Positions 19,301-27,745 of a stretch of DNA of 64,000 nt are shown in pieces (position 1 is the stretch's first letter; each line of letters starts with the position of its first letter). The stretch lies in assembly GCA_013140985.1 (NCBI GenBank), contig JABFRU010000035.1, positions 849 through 64,848 of the forward strand. The letters run 5' to 3'. A model generated the notes under the pieces. That model was not told the origin of the DNA and ran no database searches. It saw only the letters and a program-made list of their open reading frames with translations. Source of the stretch: Chitinophagaceae bacterium. Its GTDB lineage: Bacteria; Bacteroidota; Bacteroidia; Chitinophagales; Chitinophagaceae. Made by a program: the position numbers and the translations under genes.

Positions 19301-19459
19301 AACTGTACCGGTTGTTGTTCCTCTTACCATCACCGATACATTCTGAAGAGGAGTGCCTTTCTCATCGGTAACCTTACCGCTGACTGTGCGCTGTGCCAAT
19401 GCCTGGGTGGCAAAAAACACAACTCCCCAAAGGAGTAAAAATAATTTTCTCATGAGCAT
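16322..19459 (-). CDS. SusC/RagA-family TonB-dependent outer-membrane transporter
   Basis: 1045 aa. Signal peptide, then TVSGKVTDEKGTPLQNVSVMVRGTTTGTVTKVDGTYT, then a plug (ASNGVILITTKKG). The C-terminus ends ..TIGVGLNLTF. There is no STN signalling domain at the N-terminus. Confidence 0.93.
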   Translation of the reverse strand: MLMRKLFLLLWGVVFFATQALAQRTVSGKVTDEKGTPLQNVSVMVRGTTTGTVTKVDGTYTITVPAGAIALVFSAVDMSPVEKAIGTATIIDATLKAEDKTMSEVVVTAFGIKKNKKDLGYGVTQLSNTELTQAHTTNITNALASKIPGVRTQGSGGSFSSSSILIRGFTTFTGSNQPLFVVDGIPIDNSGGGTPLQNGTPRSSRAIDLNQDDIESITVLKGASAAVLYGSRASNGVILITTKKGKAGQKNAIQFSSTYQIESVNRLPDFQNEYAQGNSGVFSPTAQTSWGPRIVGQTVTNAYNPVTNANDRTEVLKAYPNNVKEIFKNGVNWQNNLSFSGGTDKNTFRFSYGYLKNTGVLENNVLTRHNFSLNASSKVNNWLTVSASGNYSNNASRRTQQGNQLSNPLFRGWFTPRSYDLSGLAYEDAVGNQRYPLGEDHPHWTIKHNRFNDEINRFIGNVSFNFRLTKWLTADYKVGTDIFSFFSHAYDQIGARGGANTTANAVGGIREVRSNSRNLNSNGFFTANKRIKSWSGTFIFGSEFQQNYGNNAQLDGKGIIVRDFEQLSNTTTFSPAPGYSSFKFRLIGLYGDLALSYKSIFSANFTLRNDWVSSFKIGNNSYLYNGVGGTLNITELFPKLKSKIIENIRIRGNISTVGKAGTDFLYGTDSYFGGAASADGFGPTIAFPFNGIQGFALSNTAGNPDLGPEFTQSREIALELSLFKGRLNIEATRYKQKSRDLIFSVPVSATSGITAFTQNAGNLTNNGVELGVNATPIKSKSFVWGFNLAYTQFKAIVDKLAPGVTNIFLGGFVTPNVRLVAGEEYGQIYGNAFVRDPNKGNKIVVGANGLPLITSGVQQIGNPNPKYVLGITNTLTYKAITLSFLMEIKEGGQIYSRNIADLLRNGVVAETAAFPRYDAAGVLQKPYLFDAVYTNGLPNTTYLSAQDYYGNSGLHAAAEGFIYKTSWFRVREASLVYTLPSSFLSRTPFSHASFSLFGRNLFLHSPFYPHLDPEQNVLGVSNANGLEFNALPQTRTIGVGLNLTF

Positions 19460-19821
19460 TTAGTTTTAATATATAATTGAAGTCAATCTCCCCCGACCGG
19501 ATTAGGGTCAAAAGAGGGCTTGAAATTAACGAACCTTACACAAAAATTAAAAAAAACGTTTGGTTTCCGAAAAACAGCCAGTCAGTTGATAATGAATTTA
19601 TGAGCCTTGCCTGAATTACGACAGTTTTCAACCCTTTGTTGCTGCTTTTCGGCCACCCTGAAGAGCAGGAAGAATGCAGGTTGGAATAGGTAACTCAGCC
19701 CTGGGGCCACCCGTATAGCTCAAGTATAGATGGAATATGGGGGAAGTATGGCTGAAACATGGATAGTGTATCAACCTGTCCCCTTCAGCATACCGGGAAA
19801 CATTAATTAGTCCCAAATCAA

Positions 19822-22143
19822 CTATTTCCGCATTTTGACCAATGAAATTAAAATGGCGGGGAGTAATACGAGGTTGGTTAATGTGGCGGTCACCAACGTA
19901 AGGGAAGTAAGCCAGCCCAAAGCTTTTGTTCCATCAAAACCACTGAAACAAAAAATGATGAACCCCGCTATCAATACCAGGGAAGTATAAATAATGCTGA
20001 TACCTGTGCTGTGAATGGTATCGATCACCGTTTTTTTCATGTCATAATTATTGCCCGGGAGTTCTTGTTTGTAATTAACAAGAAAGCGAATGGTAACATC
20101 AATGGCAATACCCAACGCCACGCTGAAGACCAGAACTGTTGAGGGTTTCAAAGGGATGCCTACCCAGCCCATTAGGCCAGCTGTGATAAGCAGGGGAATG
20201 ATGTTTGGAATTAAAGAACACAATAAAACCCTTGCTGAGCGAAATAAATAAAGCATGCACAGCGCAATGAGCACAAAGGCCCAGAAAATACTATCCTTAA
20301 GACCATTGATGATATAATGGCTTCCCTCTAAAAAAGTAACACTTGTGCCGGTCAACTGCACATCATATTTTGGTTTTGGGAAAAGTTGATCAACTCTTTT
20401 TGAGATACTGTCCAATATTTTCGGAAGCCTTTTACTTCCCACATCCTTCATACTTACGCTGATCCGGGCTTTTTGACGGGTGCTATCCATGAAGGTGGTA
20501 ACCAGTTTTGCAAATGAGTTCTTATTCCTGCCCGAATCCCTGCCCGGGCTGAGGTATTGGGAAAGAGCCGGTAAGTCAAATTCCAGCGGCATCGAATAAT
20601 TATTGCTGTCGCCTTCAAAAAAAGCCTGTCTAGCAAATTTTAATCCATCAGTGATACTTAATGGGCGGCCAATATCCGGCAGGGATGCCAGGAATTCAGA
20701 GAGAGAGTCAATGCGAACAAGGTTGTTGTAGTTTCTTGATGCGCCTCTTTTTTCTTTAGTGTCCACTACAATTTCCAATGGCATTACACCTTTGAAATTG
20801 TTTTCAAAAAAACGGAGATCGGTATAGATCTTGTCTGATTTCGGAAGATCATCTACAATAAAACCAAGGCTTTTTAACCTTGACATACCTGCCGCAGAAG
20901 CAATGACAATAACGATCGTAGTTGCATAGATGAGTTTGCGATGATTCAATGACCATCTTTCCAGCCTGTCTAGCCAGCGATTCAATCTTGGATTTTCCAG
21001 ATACTTTGTATGCCTGCTTTTGGGGGGCGGCAAATAACTGAGTATGCCAGGAATAAAAATGAGGGATATAAAAAACAACGCAATGATATTAATGCCAGCC
21101 ACAATACCAAACTCTTTCAAGATCTGACTTTGCGTTAATGCAAAAACTGCAAATCCGATAGCGGCAGAAAGATTACAAAATAATGTTACCACTCCCATCC
21201 TGTCAACCATCATCACCAGCGATTTTTTCTTATCACCTGTTTCACTGTAAGCGGTATGAAATTTATTCAGGAAATAGATACAATTGGGAATGCCAATTAC
21301 AATTATCAATGGAGGAATCAATGCATTAAGGATACTTATTTTATATCCCATTAAATGGATCGTAGCAAAACTCCATGTCACCCCTATTGCCACCACTGCC
21401 AGTGAAAGCAGCATGGCGCTGGCGCTGCGGAAAAAAAGCAATAAGATAATTGCCGATAAGATAATGGAAGCAGCAATGAACATCCGCATTTCTTTGACAA
21501 TTCTTACTGAAAGTTGCGTACGTATATGCGGCAAACCGCTTTTATAAACTGTAAGGTTATTTACTTTTCCAAACTCATCAGCGATCTTACTGATGTTGTT
21601 GACAATGCTGATCCTTTCTTTTTTCGCCATCAGCTCTTTATTGATGCGGATGCCCATCAGCCAGGCATGTGTTTCGGCATTGTATAAAAGATTTCGATAA
21701 AAAGGAAGATTCAAAAAGATAGCAGCGCCGCTATCTATTTCTGCTTTTGTAAGTAGCCTGTCGGGAAAAATAGTGTCAGCTTTTAATTTTTCCGTTTCTA
21801 CAATTTTTACAAGATTAACTGCCGAAGGAATTGAAATGATGTCATCAACACCGTTTTCTTTTTTCAACTTCCGTTGCAGGGCAGCGTAGGCATTAAAAAG
21901 TTTTTCGGTAAAAAAACTATCGGTTTGAATGCCGATGACCAGCAAGTTGCCATCCTCGCCAAATTTTGCTTTGAATTCCTGGTAAGCCTTGTATTTGGGG
22001 TTGTTGGTAGGAATAGCTCTCGAAAAATCATAGCTGAGCTGGACCTGGCTGGCCTTGTAAGCCATAAAACCTGTAACGGCTATGAGTATCGCCAAAAGCG
22101 GTAAACGATATTTTAAAATAAATTTTCCGAGATGATGCCACAT
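19822..22143 (-). CDS. MMPL/RND-superfamily exporter (12-TM, two large periplasmic loops)
   Basis: 773 aa. There are two blocks of about 6 hydrophobic helices, each preceded by a soluble loop. The N-terminus (KYRLPLLAILIAVTGFMAYKASQVQLSYDF) is typical of Bacteroidota MMPL-type transporters. Confidence 0.85.
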   Translation of the reverse strand: MWHHLGKFILKYRLPLLAILIAVTGFMAYKASQVQLSYDFSRAIPTNNPKYKAYQEFKAKFGEDGNLLVIGIQTDSFFTEKLFNAYAALQRKLKKENGVDDIISIPSAVNLVKIVETEKLKADTIFPDRLLTKAEIDSGAAIFLNLPFYRNLLYNAETHAWLMGIRINKELMAKKERISIVNNISKIADEFGKVNNLTVYKSGLPHIRTQLSVRIVKEMRMFIAASIILSAIILLLFFRSASAMLLSLAVVAIGVTWSFATIHLMGYKISILNALIPPLIIVIGIPNCIYFLNKFHTAYSETGDKKKSLVMMVDRMGVVTLFCNLSAAIGFAVFALTQSQILKEFGIVAGINIIALFFISLIFIPGILSYLPPPKSRHTKYLENPRLNRWLDRLERWSLNHRKLIYATTIVIVIASAAGMSRLKSLGFIVDDLPKSDKIYTDLRFFENNFKGVMPLEIVVDTKEKRGASRNYNNLVRIDSLSEFLASLPDIGRPLSITDGLKFARQAFFEGDSNNYSMPLEFDLPALSQYLSPGRDSGRNKNSFAKLVTTFMDSTRQKARISVSMKDVGSKRLPKILDSISKRVDQLFPKPKYDVQLTGTSVTFLEGSHYIINGLKDSIFWAFVLIALCMLYLFRSARVLLCSLIPNIIPLLITAGLMGWVGIPLKPSTVLVFSVALGIAIDVTIRFLVNYKQELPGNNYDMKKTVIDTIHSTGISIIYTSLVLIAGFIIFCFSGFDGTKALGWLTSLTLVTATLTNLVLLPAILISLVKMRK

Positions 22144-22180
22144 AGTAGTGAAAGGTGGTAAGGCTGCAAAGAAACATAAA

Positions 22181-22215
22181 AAGGTTTAAGGTTTGATGTT
22201 TAAAGTTGAAGGTTC
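22181..22215. repeat. Five tandem heptamers in the divergent MMPL / PorZ-like spacer
   Basis: aaggttt aaggttt gatgttt aaagttg aaggttc. The array ends 24 nt before the GTG at 22240. I found no inverted arm. It uses the same unit family as 26023..26057. Confidence 0.85.
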
Positions 22216-22239
22216 TCCGGTTTGCGATAATTTTGAAGT

Positions 22240-24540
22240 GTGAGATATTTTTTCATCATCGTTTCTTTTTGCCTGCCTTTTGTTGCTGCTGCGCAAGATC
22301 CTATCCCGCCGATCGGTCAATGGAGGGAGCATTTGCCTTACAATAGTGCCATTGATGTAACTGCCGGTGATGGAAAAATCTATTGCGCTACGCCGTATAG
22401 TTTGTTTACAATAACTATTGCCTCTACTATCATTGAGCGATCAAGCCGTGTTACCGGGTTGAACGAGACCGGCATCAGCACTATTAAATATGATGATGTC
22501 AACGACAAATTATTCATTGCCTACAATAACAGCAATATTGATATTATTTACCGGAATGATATCTACAATGTACCGGATATAAAGCGGGATAATATTTCAG
22601 GCGATAAAAACATTTATAATATTTATCCGTTGGGTAAAAATTATTACCTGTCCACTGGTTTGGGTGTTATTGTTATTGACGGAGAAAAATATGAAGTAAA
22701 AGACTCCTGGTTCATCGGCAACGGAGGCAATCTTGTAAAAACAAATGGCTTTACCAGCGACGGAACTTTTTTTTATGCTGCAACAGAAGAAGGAGTAAAG
22801 AAAGCGGCAATGAATTCTCTGAATCTTGCTGATCATAATAATTGGCAATTACTAAGTGGAAGTAATGGGTTGCCGATCGGTGCCTGTAAAAATGTGATCA
22901 CTGTTCAGAATAAAGTGATCGTTCAAAAAAATGATTCATTGTTTGTTCAGAATGGGAATAGCTGGACATTGTTTTACACAGATGCCTGGCCTTTTGTAAG
23001 TGTGAATACAACGGAAAATAAAATTCAGATCTGCGAAAGGCAAATTAGCGGCATAAGCCGGGTAATAATTCTGAACGGAGATGGAACTGTATCAAGAACA
23101 TTGGCGGGTGTAGGGGCTGTTTCTTTTCCAAGAAAGGCAATATTGTACAGTAATGAGCCCTGGGTGGCTGACCAGTTTGCTTGCTTATCTCATTTTGGTT
23201 CTGCTTTATCGTACCAGCAATATATTCCCAATTCGCCACAAGGTTTGGCCAGTGGTGAAATGATGGTTTACAATTCTGCTTTTTATGCAACATCGGGTTC
23301 GGTGAATAGTGCATGGAACTATCAATACAACAGTGATGGTGTTTATGTTTTCAATGAAGGTGGTTGGAATAATATCAATCGTTATAGATATGTTGCAATA
23401 GATACATTGCTTGATTATATTACTATCGCTATTGACAAAAGAGATGAAACTGTTTGGGCGGGTTCTTATGGTGGCGGATTGTTGCATATAAAACCCGGGC
23501 CTGCCTTTGAAATATTCAAACAAAATTTTCTCGGGCCAACTGTTGGCGATCCGGCAAGTTATAGAGTTGCTGGCCTTGCTTTCGATGCTGAAAATAATTT
23601 ATGGGTATCCAATTTCGGATCTGTGCAACCGCTTAGAGTAAGAAACAATGATGGCAGCTGGAAAAATCTTTCATTGCCATTTTCTCTTTTCCAAAATGCA
23701 TTATCGCAAATACTAATTGACGATAACAATTATAAATGGATCGTAGCGCCGTTAGGAAATGGGTTGATCTGTTATGATCATGGTTCATCTATTGATAATA
23801 CGGCTGATGATAAGTGGAGGAAACTGGGAACAGGTGCAGGAGGAGGCAATCTTCCTTCAAATGATGTTCATTGTGTTGCAAAAGATAAAACTGGTTTCAT
23901 TTGGGTAGGGACGGGTGATGGTATCGGGGTTTTTCAATGTCCTGAGCAAATATTTGGAGCCCCGGCATGTGATGCGGTCTGGCCCATTGTTCCCAATGGA
24001 AATTTTGCCGGTTTTTTATTCAAAGGACAGGAAGTAAGAAGCATTGCTGTGGATGGTGCCGATAGAAAATGGGTGGCTACAAAGAATGGAGTATTTCTTA
24101 TCAGTGCTACCGGTGAAAAAGTGATCTATGGTTTTACAGAAGATAATAGTCCATTGTTGAGCAGTGATGTAAAAAAGATTACCATTGATGGAAAAACTGG
24201 CGAAGTATATTTCGCAACGGCAAAAGGAATTTGTTCTTTCAGAAGTACAGCTACTGAAGGTGGAGAAACGAATGAAGATGTATTGGTGTTTCCGAATCCT
24301 GTGCCTCCCGGTTATGCGGGCACTATTGCTATTCGTGGATTGGTGGATAATGCCATTGTAAAAATTACAGAGTTGGATGGAAGATTGGTTTATCAAACAA
24401 GAGCATTGGGCGGACAAGCGATTTGGGATGGAAGAAATTATAAAGGGCAAAAAATTTCAAGCGGTGTTTATCTTGTATTGGTAGATGATGATGGGAAGAA
24501 GGAACATATTGCAACGAAGATCTTTTTTATCAGCAAATAA
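22240..24540 (+). CDS. Beta-propeller (two-component-regulator-propeller-like) protein with T9SS C-terminal sorting domain; PorZ-like
   Basis: 766 aa with a GTG start and signal peptide. The body is long and repeat-rich, W/G/D-rich and propeller-like. The C-terminal ~80 aa (VFPNPV..G.I.I.GL....VKITELDGRLVY....G.A.WDGRN..G..ISSGVYLV) matches the T9SS type A CTD pattern. Size and architecture match PorZ, but that assignment is inference. Confidence 0.75.
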   Translation: MRYFFIIVSFCLPFVAAAQDPIPPIGQWREHLPYNSAIDVTAGDGKIYCATPYSLFTITIASTIIERSSRVTGLNETGISTIKYDDVNDKLFIAYNNSNIDIIYRNDIYNVPDIKRDNISGDKNIYNIYPLGKNYYLSTGLGVIVIDGEKYEVKDSWFIGNGGNLVKTNGFTSDGTFFYAATEEGVKKAAMNSLNLADHNNWQLLSGSNGLPIGACKNVITVQNKVIVQKNDSLFVQNGNSWTLFYTDAWPFVSVNTTENKIQICERQISGISRVIILNGDGTVSRTLAGVGAVSFPRKAILYSNEPWVADQFACLSHFGSALSYQQYIPNSPQGLASGEMMVYNSAFYATSGSVNSAWNYQYNSDGVYVFNEGGWNNINRYRYVAIDTLLDYITIAIDKRDETVWAGSYGGGLLHIKPGPAFEIFKQNFLGPTVGDPASYRVAGLAFDAENNLWVSNFGSVQPLRVRNNDGSWKNLSLPFSLFQNALSQILIDDNNYKWIVAPLGNGLICYDHGSSIDNTADDKWRKLGTGAGGGNLPSNDVHCVAKDKTGFIWVGTGDGIGVFQCPEQIFGAPACDAVWPIVPNGNFAGFLFKGQEVRSIAVDGADRKWVATKNGVFLISATGEKVIYGFTEDNSPLLSSDVKKITIDGKTGEVYFATAKGICSFRSTATEGGETNEDVLVFPNPVPPGYAGTIAIRGLVDNAIVKITELDGRLVYQTRALGGQAIWDGRNYKGQKISSGVYLVLVDDDGKKEHIATKIFFISK

Positions 24541-24544
24541 TATA

Positions 24545-24618
24545 GACCGAAAGTCGGGAAGACGGGAAGTCCGAAAGAAATTCACGCATAGGTTATCTAT
24601 CTTTCCGTCTTCCCGACT
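24545..24618. repeat. Octamer-armed hairpin filling the PorZ-like / recO spacer
   Basis: Four tandem 8-mers (gaccgaaa gtcgggaa gacgggaa gtccgaaa) occupy 24545..24576. Two inverted 8-mers (tttccgtc ttcccgac) occupy 24602..24617. 24552..24569 pairs with 24601..24618 at 17/18 positions. Confidence 0.9.
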
Positions 24619-24625
24619 ATACAAA

Positions 24626-25372
24626 GTGGCCGATAAATTACATAAAACAAAAGGTATTGTTCTTCGTACAGTGAAATACGGAGAAACAAGTATTGTCGTT
24701 ACTATCCTGACAGAATTATTTGGTGTGCAGTCTTATTTGGTGAATGGAGTAAGAGCTTCTACCAAAAAAGGAACGGGAAAAGCAAATTTGTTTCAGCCTG
24801 CTGCGATACTTGACCTGGTCGTTTATCACAATGAATCAAAGCAGCTGAACCGCATCAAAGAATTCAAATGGTCTTATCTGTATAAAAACATTTTCAGCGA
24901 TGTGCCAAAGAACGCTGTTTCATTATTCATGGTGGAGTTACTGACAAAATGTTTAAAGCAACCGGAAAGCAACCCTGAGCTTTTTCATTTTACAGAAGAT
25001 ATTTTTTTGAAACTTGATGAAAGCGACGGTGCTGTTTTTGCTAACCTGCCTTTATTCTTTGCATTGCATCTTCCTTTTCATTTTGGTTTTCGTATGGATG
25101 ATAATTACAACGAAAAAAACCGATTTCTCGATCTGCATGAAGGAAGTTTTGTGAGTGATCATCCGCAGCATCCGCATTTTTTGGAGGACAAACAGGCAGG
25201 GGTAGCCTCTCAATTACTAAAAGTGCAGCAACCGGATGAATTGAAGGATCTAAAACTCAATCATGATTTTCGCCGGCATTTACTACAGCGCTTTGAAGAT
25301 TATTATCGCCTCCATATTCATGATTTTGGGACGATGAAAAGTTTGCCGGTGTTAAGAGAGATATTAAGTTAG
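24626..25372 (+). CDS. recO: DNA repair protein RecO
   Basis: The ORF-track start (24485) overlaps the upstream gene and the hairpin. The in-frame GTG at 24626 gives (M)ADKLHKTKGIVLRTVKYGETSIVVTILTELFGVQSY, a canonical RecO N-terminus. There is no ATG in that region. Confidence 0.88.
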   Translation: MADKLHKTKGIVLRTVKYGETSIVVTILTELFGVQSYLVNGVRASTKKGTGKANLFQPAAILDLVVYHNESKQLNRIKEFKWSYLYKNIFSDVPKNAVSLFMVELLTKCLKQPESNPELFHFTEDIFLKLDESDGAVFANLPLFFALHLPFHFGFRMDDNYNEKNRFLDLHEGSFVSDHPQHPHFLEDKQAGVASQLLKVQQPDELKDLKLNHDFRRHLLQRFEDYYRLHIHDFGTMKSLPVLREILS

Positions 25373-26542
25373 CTGTTGCGAAGAACTAAAATCATTTTCA
25401 ATTAACACGACTCCAGGCTTAATCCCCTTTTTAAAATTACCAAATTGATCATCCCATCGAAATGCTTTAGCCCCATTACTTGTTGCCCATTGCAAAATTG
25501 TTTCCAAAGGAATATGAGGAAAATGTTTGTGGATAGATTCTATTTCTTTCGTAATACTTAATTGCCAATTGCTGCTGTAGCTGTCTGTTCCAAGAACAAT
25601 ATGGCAATTATGTTTTATCAATAAATCAATCGGCGGCACTTTGTTTTCTATATAAAGATTAGCATTGATGCAGATGCAATAAACAAGTTTGAGCCCGGTA
25701 GTTGCTGCATATTCATTCGCCCATACAATATCTTCTTCCGGCATGAAAGTATTATGAATAAGCAGGATCGTTTGTCCATTATTAAAATAAGGCAATACAG
25801 AACGGATGCTGCTTTTGCCGGTGACAGGAAAAGGAGAACGATCTATTCCAAATATTTGAAAAAGTTTCAGGTAATCACCGCCACCGGTCTTATATAATTC
25901 ATCTTCGGCAGGATGCTCCTGGTTGTGAATAGAAATAACTTGTCCTTTCGTTGCTTCATTTATCAACTGAAATGTTTTTGGACTGATGCTATAAGGTGCG
26001 TGAGGAACCAGCGAGGTTCGGTGTTTGATGTTTGATGTTTGAAGTTGGGCTTCGAGAGAATTTGCAACTTTCTTGTAGTGATCAAAATTCTCATCTGCCT
26101 TTTCATCAGTAAAGCTTAATACTTCCACAAAATTCTGCCATTGAATTTTACTTTTACTTTTTACTATTGCTGTATCCGCTGTGTTGCCAATATCTCCGGC
26201 AGCCACAATCCCGTTATCACACATTTCTTTTTCAGCCTTGATCATTTCCTGCTGAATTATTTCGGGAGAAAAATCTCTTTTTGTAACAACAGAACATAAG
26301 AACTCGATCAGGCCTGTATGCGGTGGAATAACATCTTTTAAATGACTTAGTTCAAGATGGCAGTGGCAATTGATAAGCCCGGGAGAAAGAATGCCATTGA
26401 GTTTTTGAACATCATCACCCGCTTCAGTTAAAGGAACGATTGCTTCAATGACGCCATCTTCAGTTGTTATTAATGCTTTATCATCTTCTATGAAACGATA
26501 CCCGTCAAATAATTTATCAGCCCTGAATTTCTTTAAAGCCAT
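25364..26542 (-). CDS. Amidohydrolase-family protein (metal-dependent; substrate unknown)
   Basis: The ATG at 26542 gives [14 protein letters not shown].. It has the [12 protein letters not shown] HxH motif, a later ..SLVPHAPYS.. segment and ..VLGTDS... The track start at 26557 is TTG. It converges on and overlaps recO by 9 nt. Confidence 0.85.
   Translation of the reverse strand: MALKKFRADKLFDGYRFIEDDKALITTEDGVIEAIVPLTEAGDDVQKLNGILSPGLINCHCHLELSHLKDVIPPHTGLIEFLCSVVTKRDFSPEIIQQEMIKAEKEMCDNGIVAAGDIGNTADTAIVKSKSKIQWQNFVEVLSFTDEKADENFDHYKKVANSLEAQLQTSNIKHRTSLVPHAPYSISPKTFQLINEATKGQVISIHNQEHPAEDELYKTGGGDYLKLFQIFGIDRSPFPVTGKSSIRSVLPYFNNGQTILLIHNTFMPEEDIVWANEYAATTGLKLVYCICINANLYIENKVPPIDLLIKHNCHIVLGTDSYSSNWQLSITKEIESIHKHFPHIPLETILQWATSNGAKAFRWDDQFGNFKKGIKPGVVLIENDFSSSQQLT
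26023..26057. repeat. Five tandem heptamers inside the amidohydrolase CDS (antisense to it)
   Basis: gaggttc ggtgttt gatgttt gatgttt gaagttg on the plus strand. Translated on the minus strand it reads ..[13 protein letters not shown]... Confidence 0.85.
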
Positions 26543-26583
26543 GGGAACAAATTTCAACTATCACCTCCCAAATTCCAAATCAT

Positions 26584-26591
26584 TAAATTTG
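26584..26591 (+). promoter_or_regulatory. Candidate -7 box TAAATTTG upstream of prfA
   Basis: TAnnTTTG match 45 nt upstream of the ATG at 26637. Motif match only. Confidence 0.35.
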
Positions 26592-26636
26592 CGACCTTGT
26601 TGGGATCTTAATTTATTATTTGGAACATACCACATT

Positions 26637-27701
26637 ATGATCGATCGTTTAGAAGCAATAAAAGCAAGATTTGACCAATTGGGCATTGCATTGACCAACC
26701 CTGAGATCGTTGGTAACAATAAAAAATTTGCTGAAACCAGTAAGGAATACCGCAGCCTGGAGAAAATAGTTGTGGCTTATAATGATTATAAAAAAATACT
26801 TGACGATATAGATTTTTATAAAGAAGCATTGGAAGGTGATGATGAAGAAATGAGGGAGCTGGCAAAGATGGAATCTCCTGCATTGGAGGAAAAGAAAACG
26901 CAAATGGAATCGTATATCCGCCAGCTATTGATACCAAAAGATCCGCAGGACGAAAAAAATGCTATCCTTGAAATAAGAGCAGGTACAGGCGGTGATGAAG
27001 CCAGTTTGTTTGCCGGAGATCTGCTGCGAATGTATATGCGTTATTGCGAAAGAAGAGGATGGAAAACCGCTTTGTTGAGTGAGAATGAAGGAAGTGTTGG
27101 CGGTTATAAAGAAGTGCAGCTCGAAGTAACGGGTGATGATGTATATGGTACGTTGAAATTTGAAAGCGGTGTGCACCGGGTACAAAGAGTTCCTGATACT
27201 GAAGCAAGCGGCCGGGTGCATACATCGGCGGCAACAGTAGCTGTAATGCCTGAAGCAGAAGAAGTGGATTTTGAATTGAATCCTGCTGATGTAAAAATGG
27301 AAACAGCCAGAAGCGGCGGTGCGGGTGGTCAGAATGTAAATAAGGTAGAAACAAAAGTAATGCTGACGCATATTCCTAGCGGAACAGTGGTCATATGTCA
27401 AACTGAACGTTCACAATTAGGCAATAGAGAAAAGGCAATGCAGATGCTTCGTACCAGGTTATATGAAGAACAGGTGAGGAAGCAAGAAGAAGAAATTGCC
27501 CGTCACCGGAAAAGCTTAGTAAGTACTGGCGACAGGAGTGCAAAGATCAGGACCTATAATTTCCCGCAGGGCCGGGTTACTGATCATCGTATTGGCCTTA
27601 CTCTTTATAATCTTGGTGATGTTTTAAATGGAAATGTCCAGGAGTTGATCGATGCATTGCAGTTTGCCGAAAACTCAGAGAAATTGGCCAAACAGAATTA
27701 A
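26637..27701 (+). CDS. prfA: Peptide chain release factor 1
   Basis: The ATG at 26637 gives [16 protein letters not shown]... It has [33 protein letters not shown] (the PxT region of RF1) and [16 protein letters not shown] (GGQ). The track start at 26448 is an antisense-overlapping extension. Confidence 0.95.
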   Translation: MIDRLEAIKARFDQLGIALTNPEIVGNNKKFAETSKEYRSLEKIVVAYNDYKKILDDIDFYKEALEGDDEEMRELAKMESPALEEKKTQMESYIRQLLIPKDPQDEKNAILEIRAGTGGDEASLFAGDLLRMYMRYCERRGWKTALLSENEGSVGGYKEVQLEVTGDDVYGTLKFESGVHRVQRVPDTEASGRVHTSAATVAVMPEAEEVDFELNPADVKMETARSGGAGGQNVNKVETKVMLTHIPSGTVVICQTERSQLGNREKAMQMLRTRLYEEQVRKQEEEIARHRKSLVSTGDRSAKIRTYNFPQGRVTDHRIGLTLYNLGDVLNGNVQELIDALQFAENSEKLAKQN

Positions 27702-27745
27702 TATTTCTGCTAATAAAAACTAACTTGACTTTTAAATCAAATTTT

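Noticed and set aside
19460-19821. Cobalamin or other riboswitch upstream of a TonB-dependent transporter gene.
   Set aside because: I looked on the minus strand for the B12 box (..AGYCMGGAGACCKGCC..) and the GGGAA/GGTGAAAATCC core and did not find them. The only vaguely similar word (agagcaggaagaatgcagg) is on the wrong strand. This SusC also has a SusD partner, so it is not a BtuB. An Rfam cmscan would be decisive.
24485-24625. N-terminal extensions of track ORFs. These are recO from 24485, prfA from 26448, the PDZ gene from 4220, the hydrolase from 50316, the transketolase subunit from 63993, the small hypothetical gene from 35044, and the Cys-x-Cys protein from 38346.
   Set aside because: The extensions start at TTG/GTG or distant ATG codons. 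They overlap neighbouring genes or repeat elements, and they precede obvious canonical N-termini or signal peptides.
26637-27701. RF1 codon-recognition tripeptide reads P-D-T rather than the familiar P-A-T / P-V-T.
   Set aside because: The middle position of PxT is variable among RF1 sequences as far as I recall. Without an alignment I cannot claim this is unusual.
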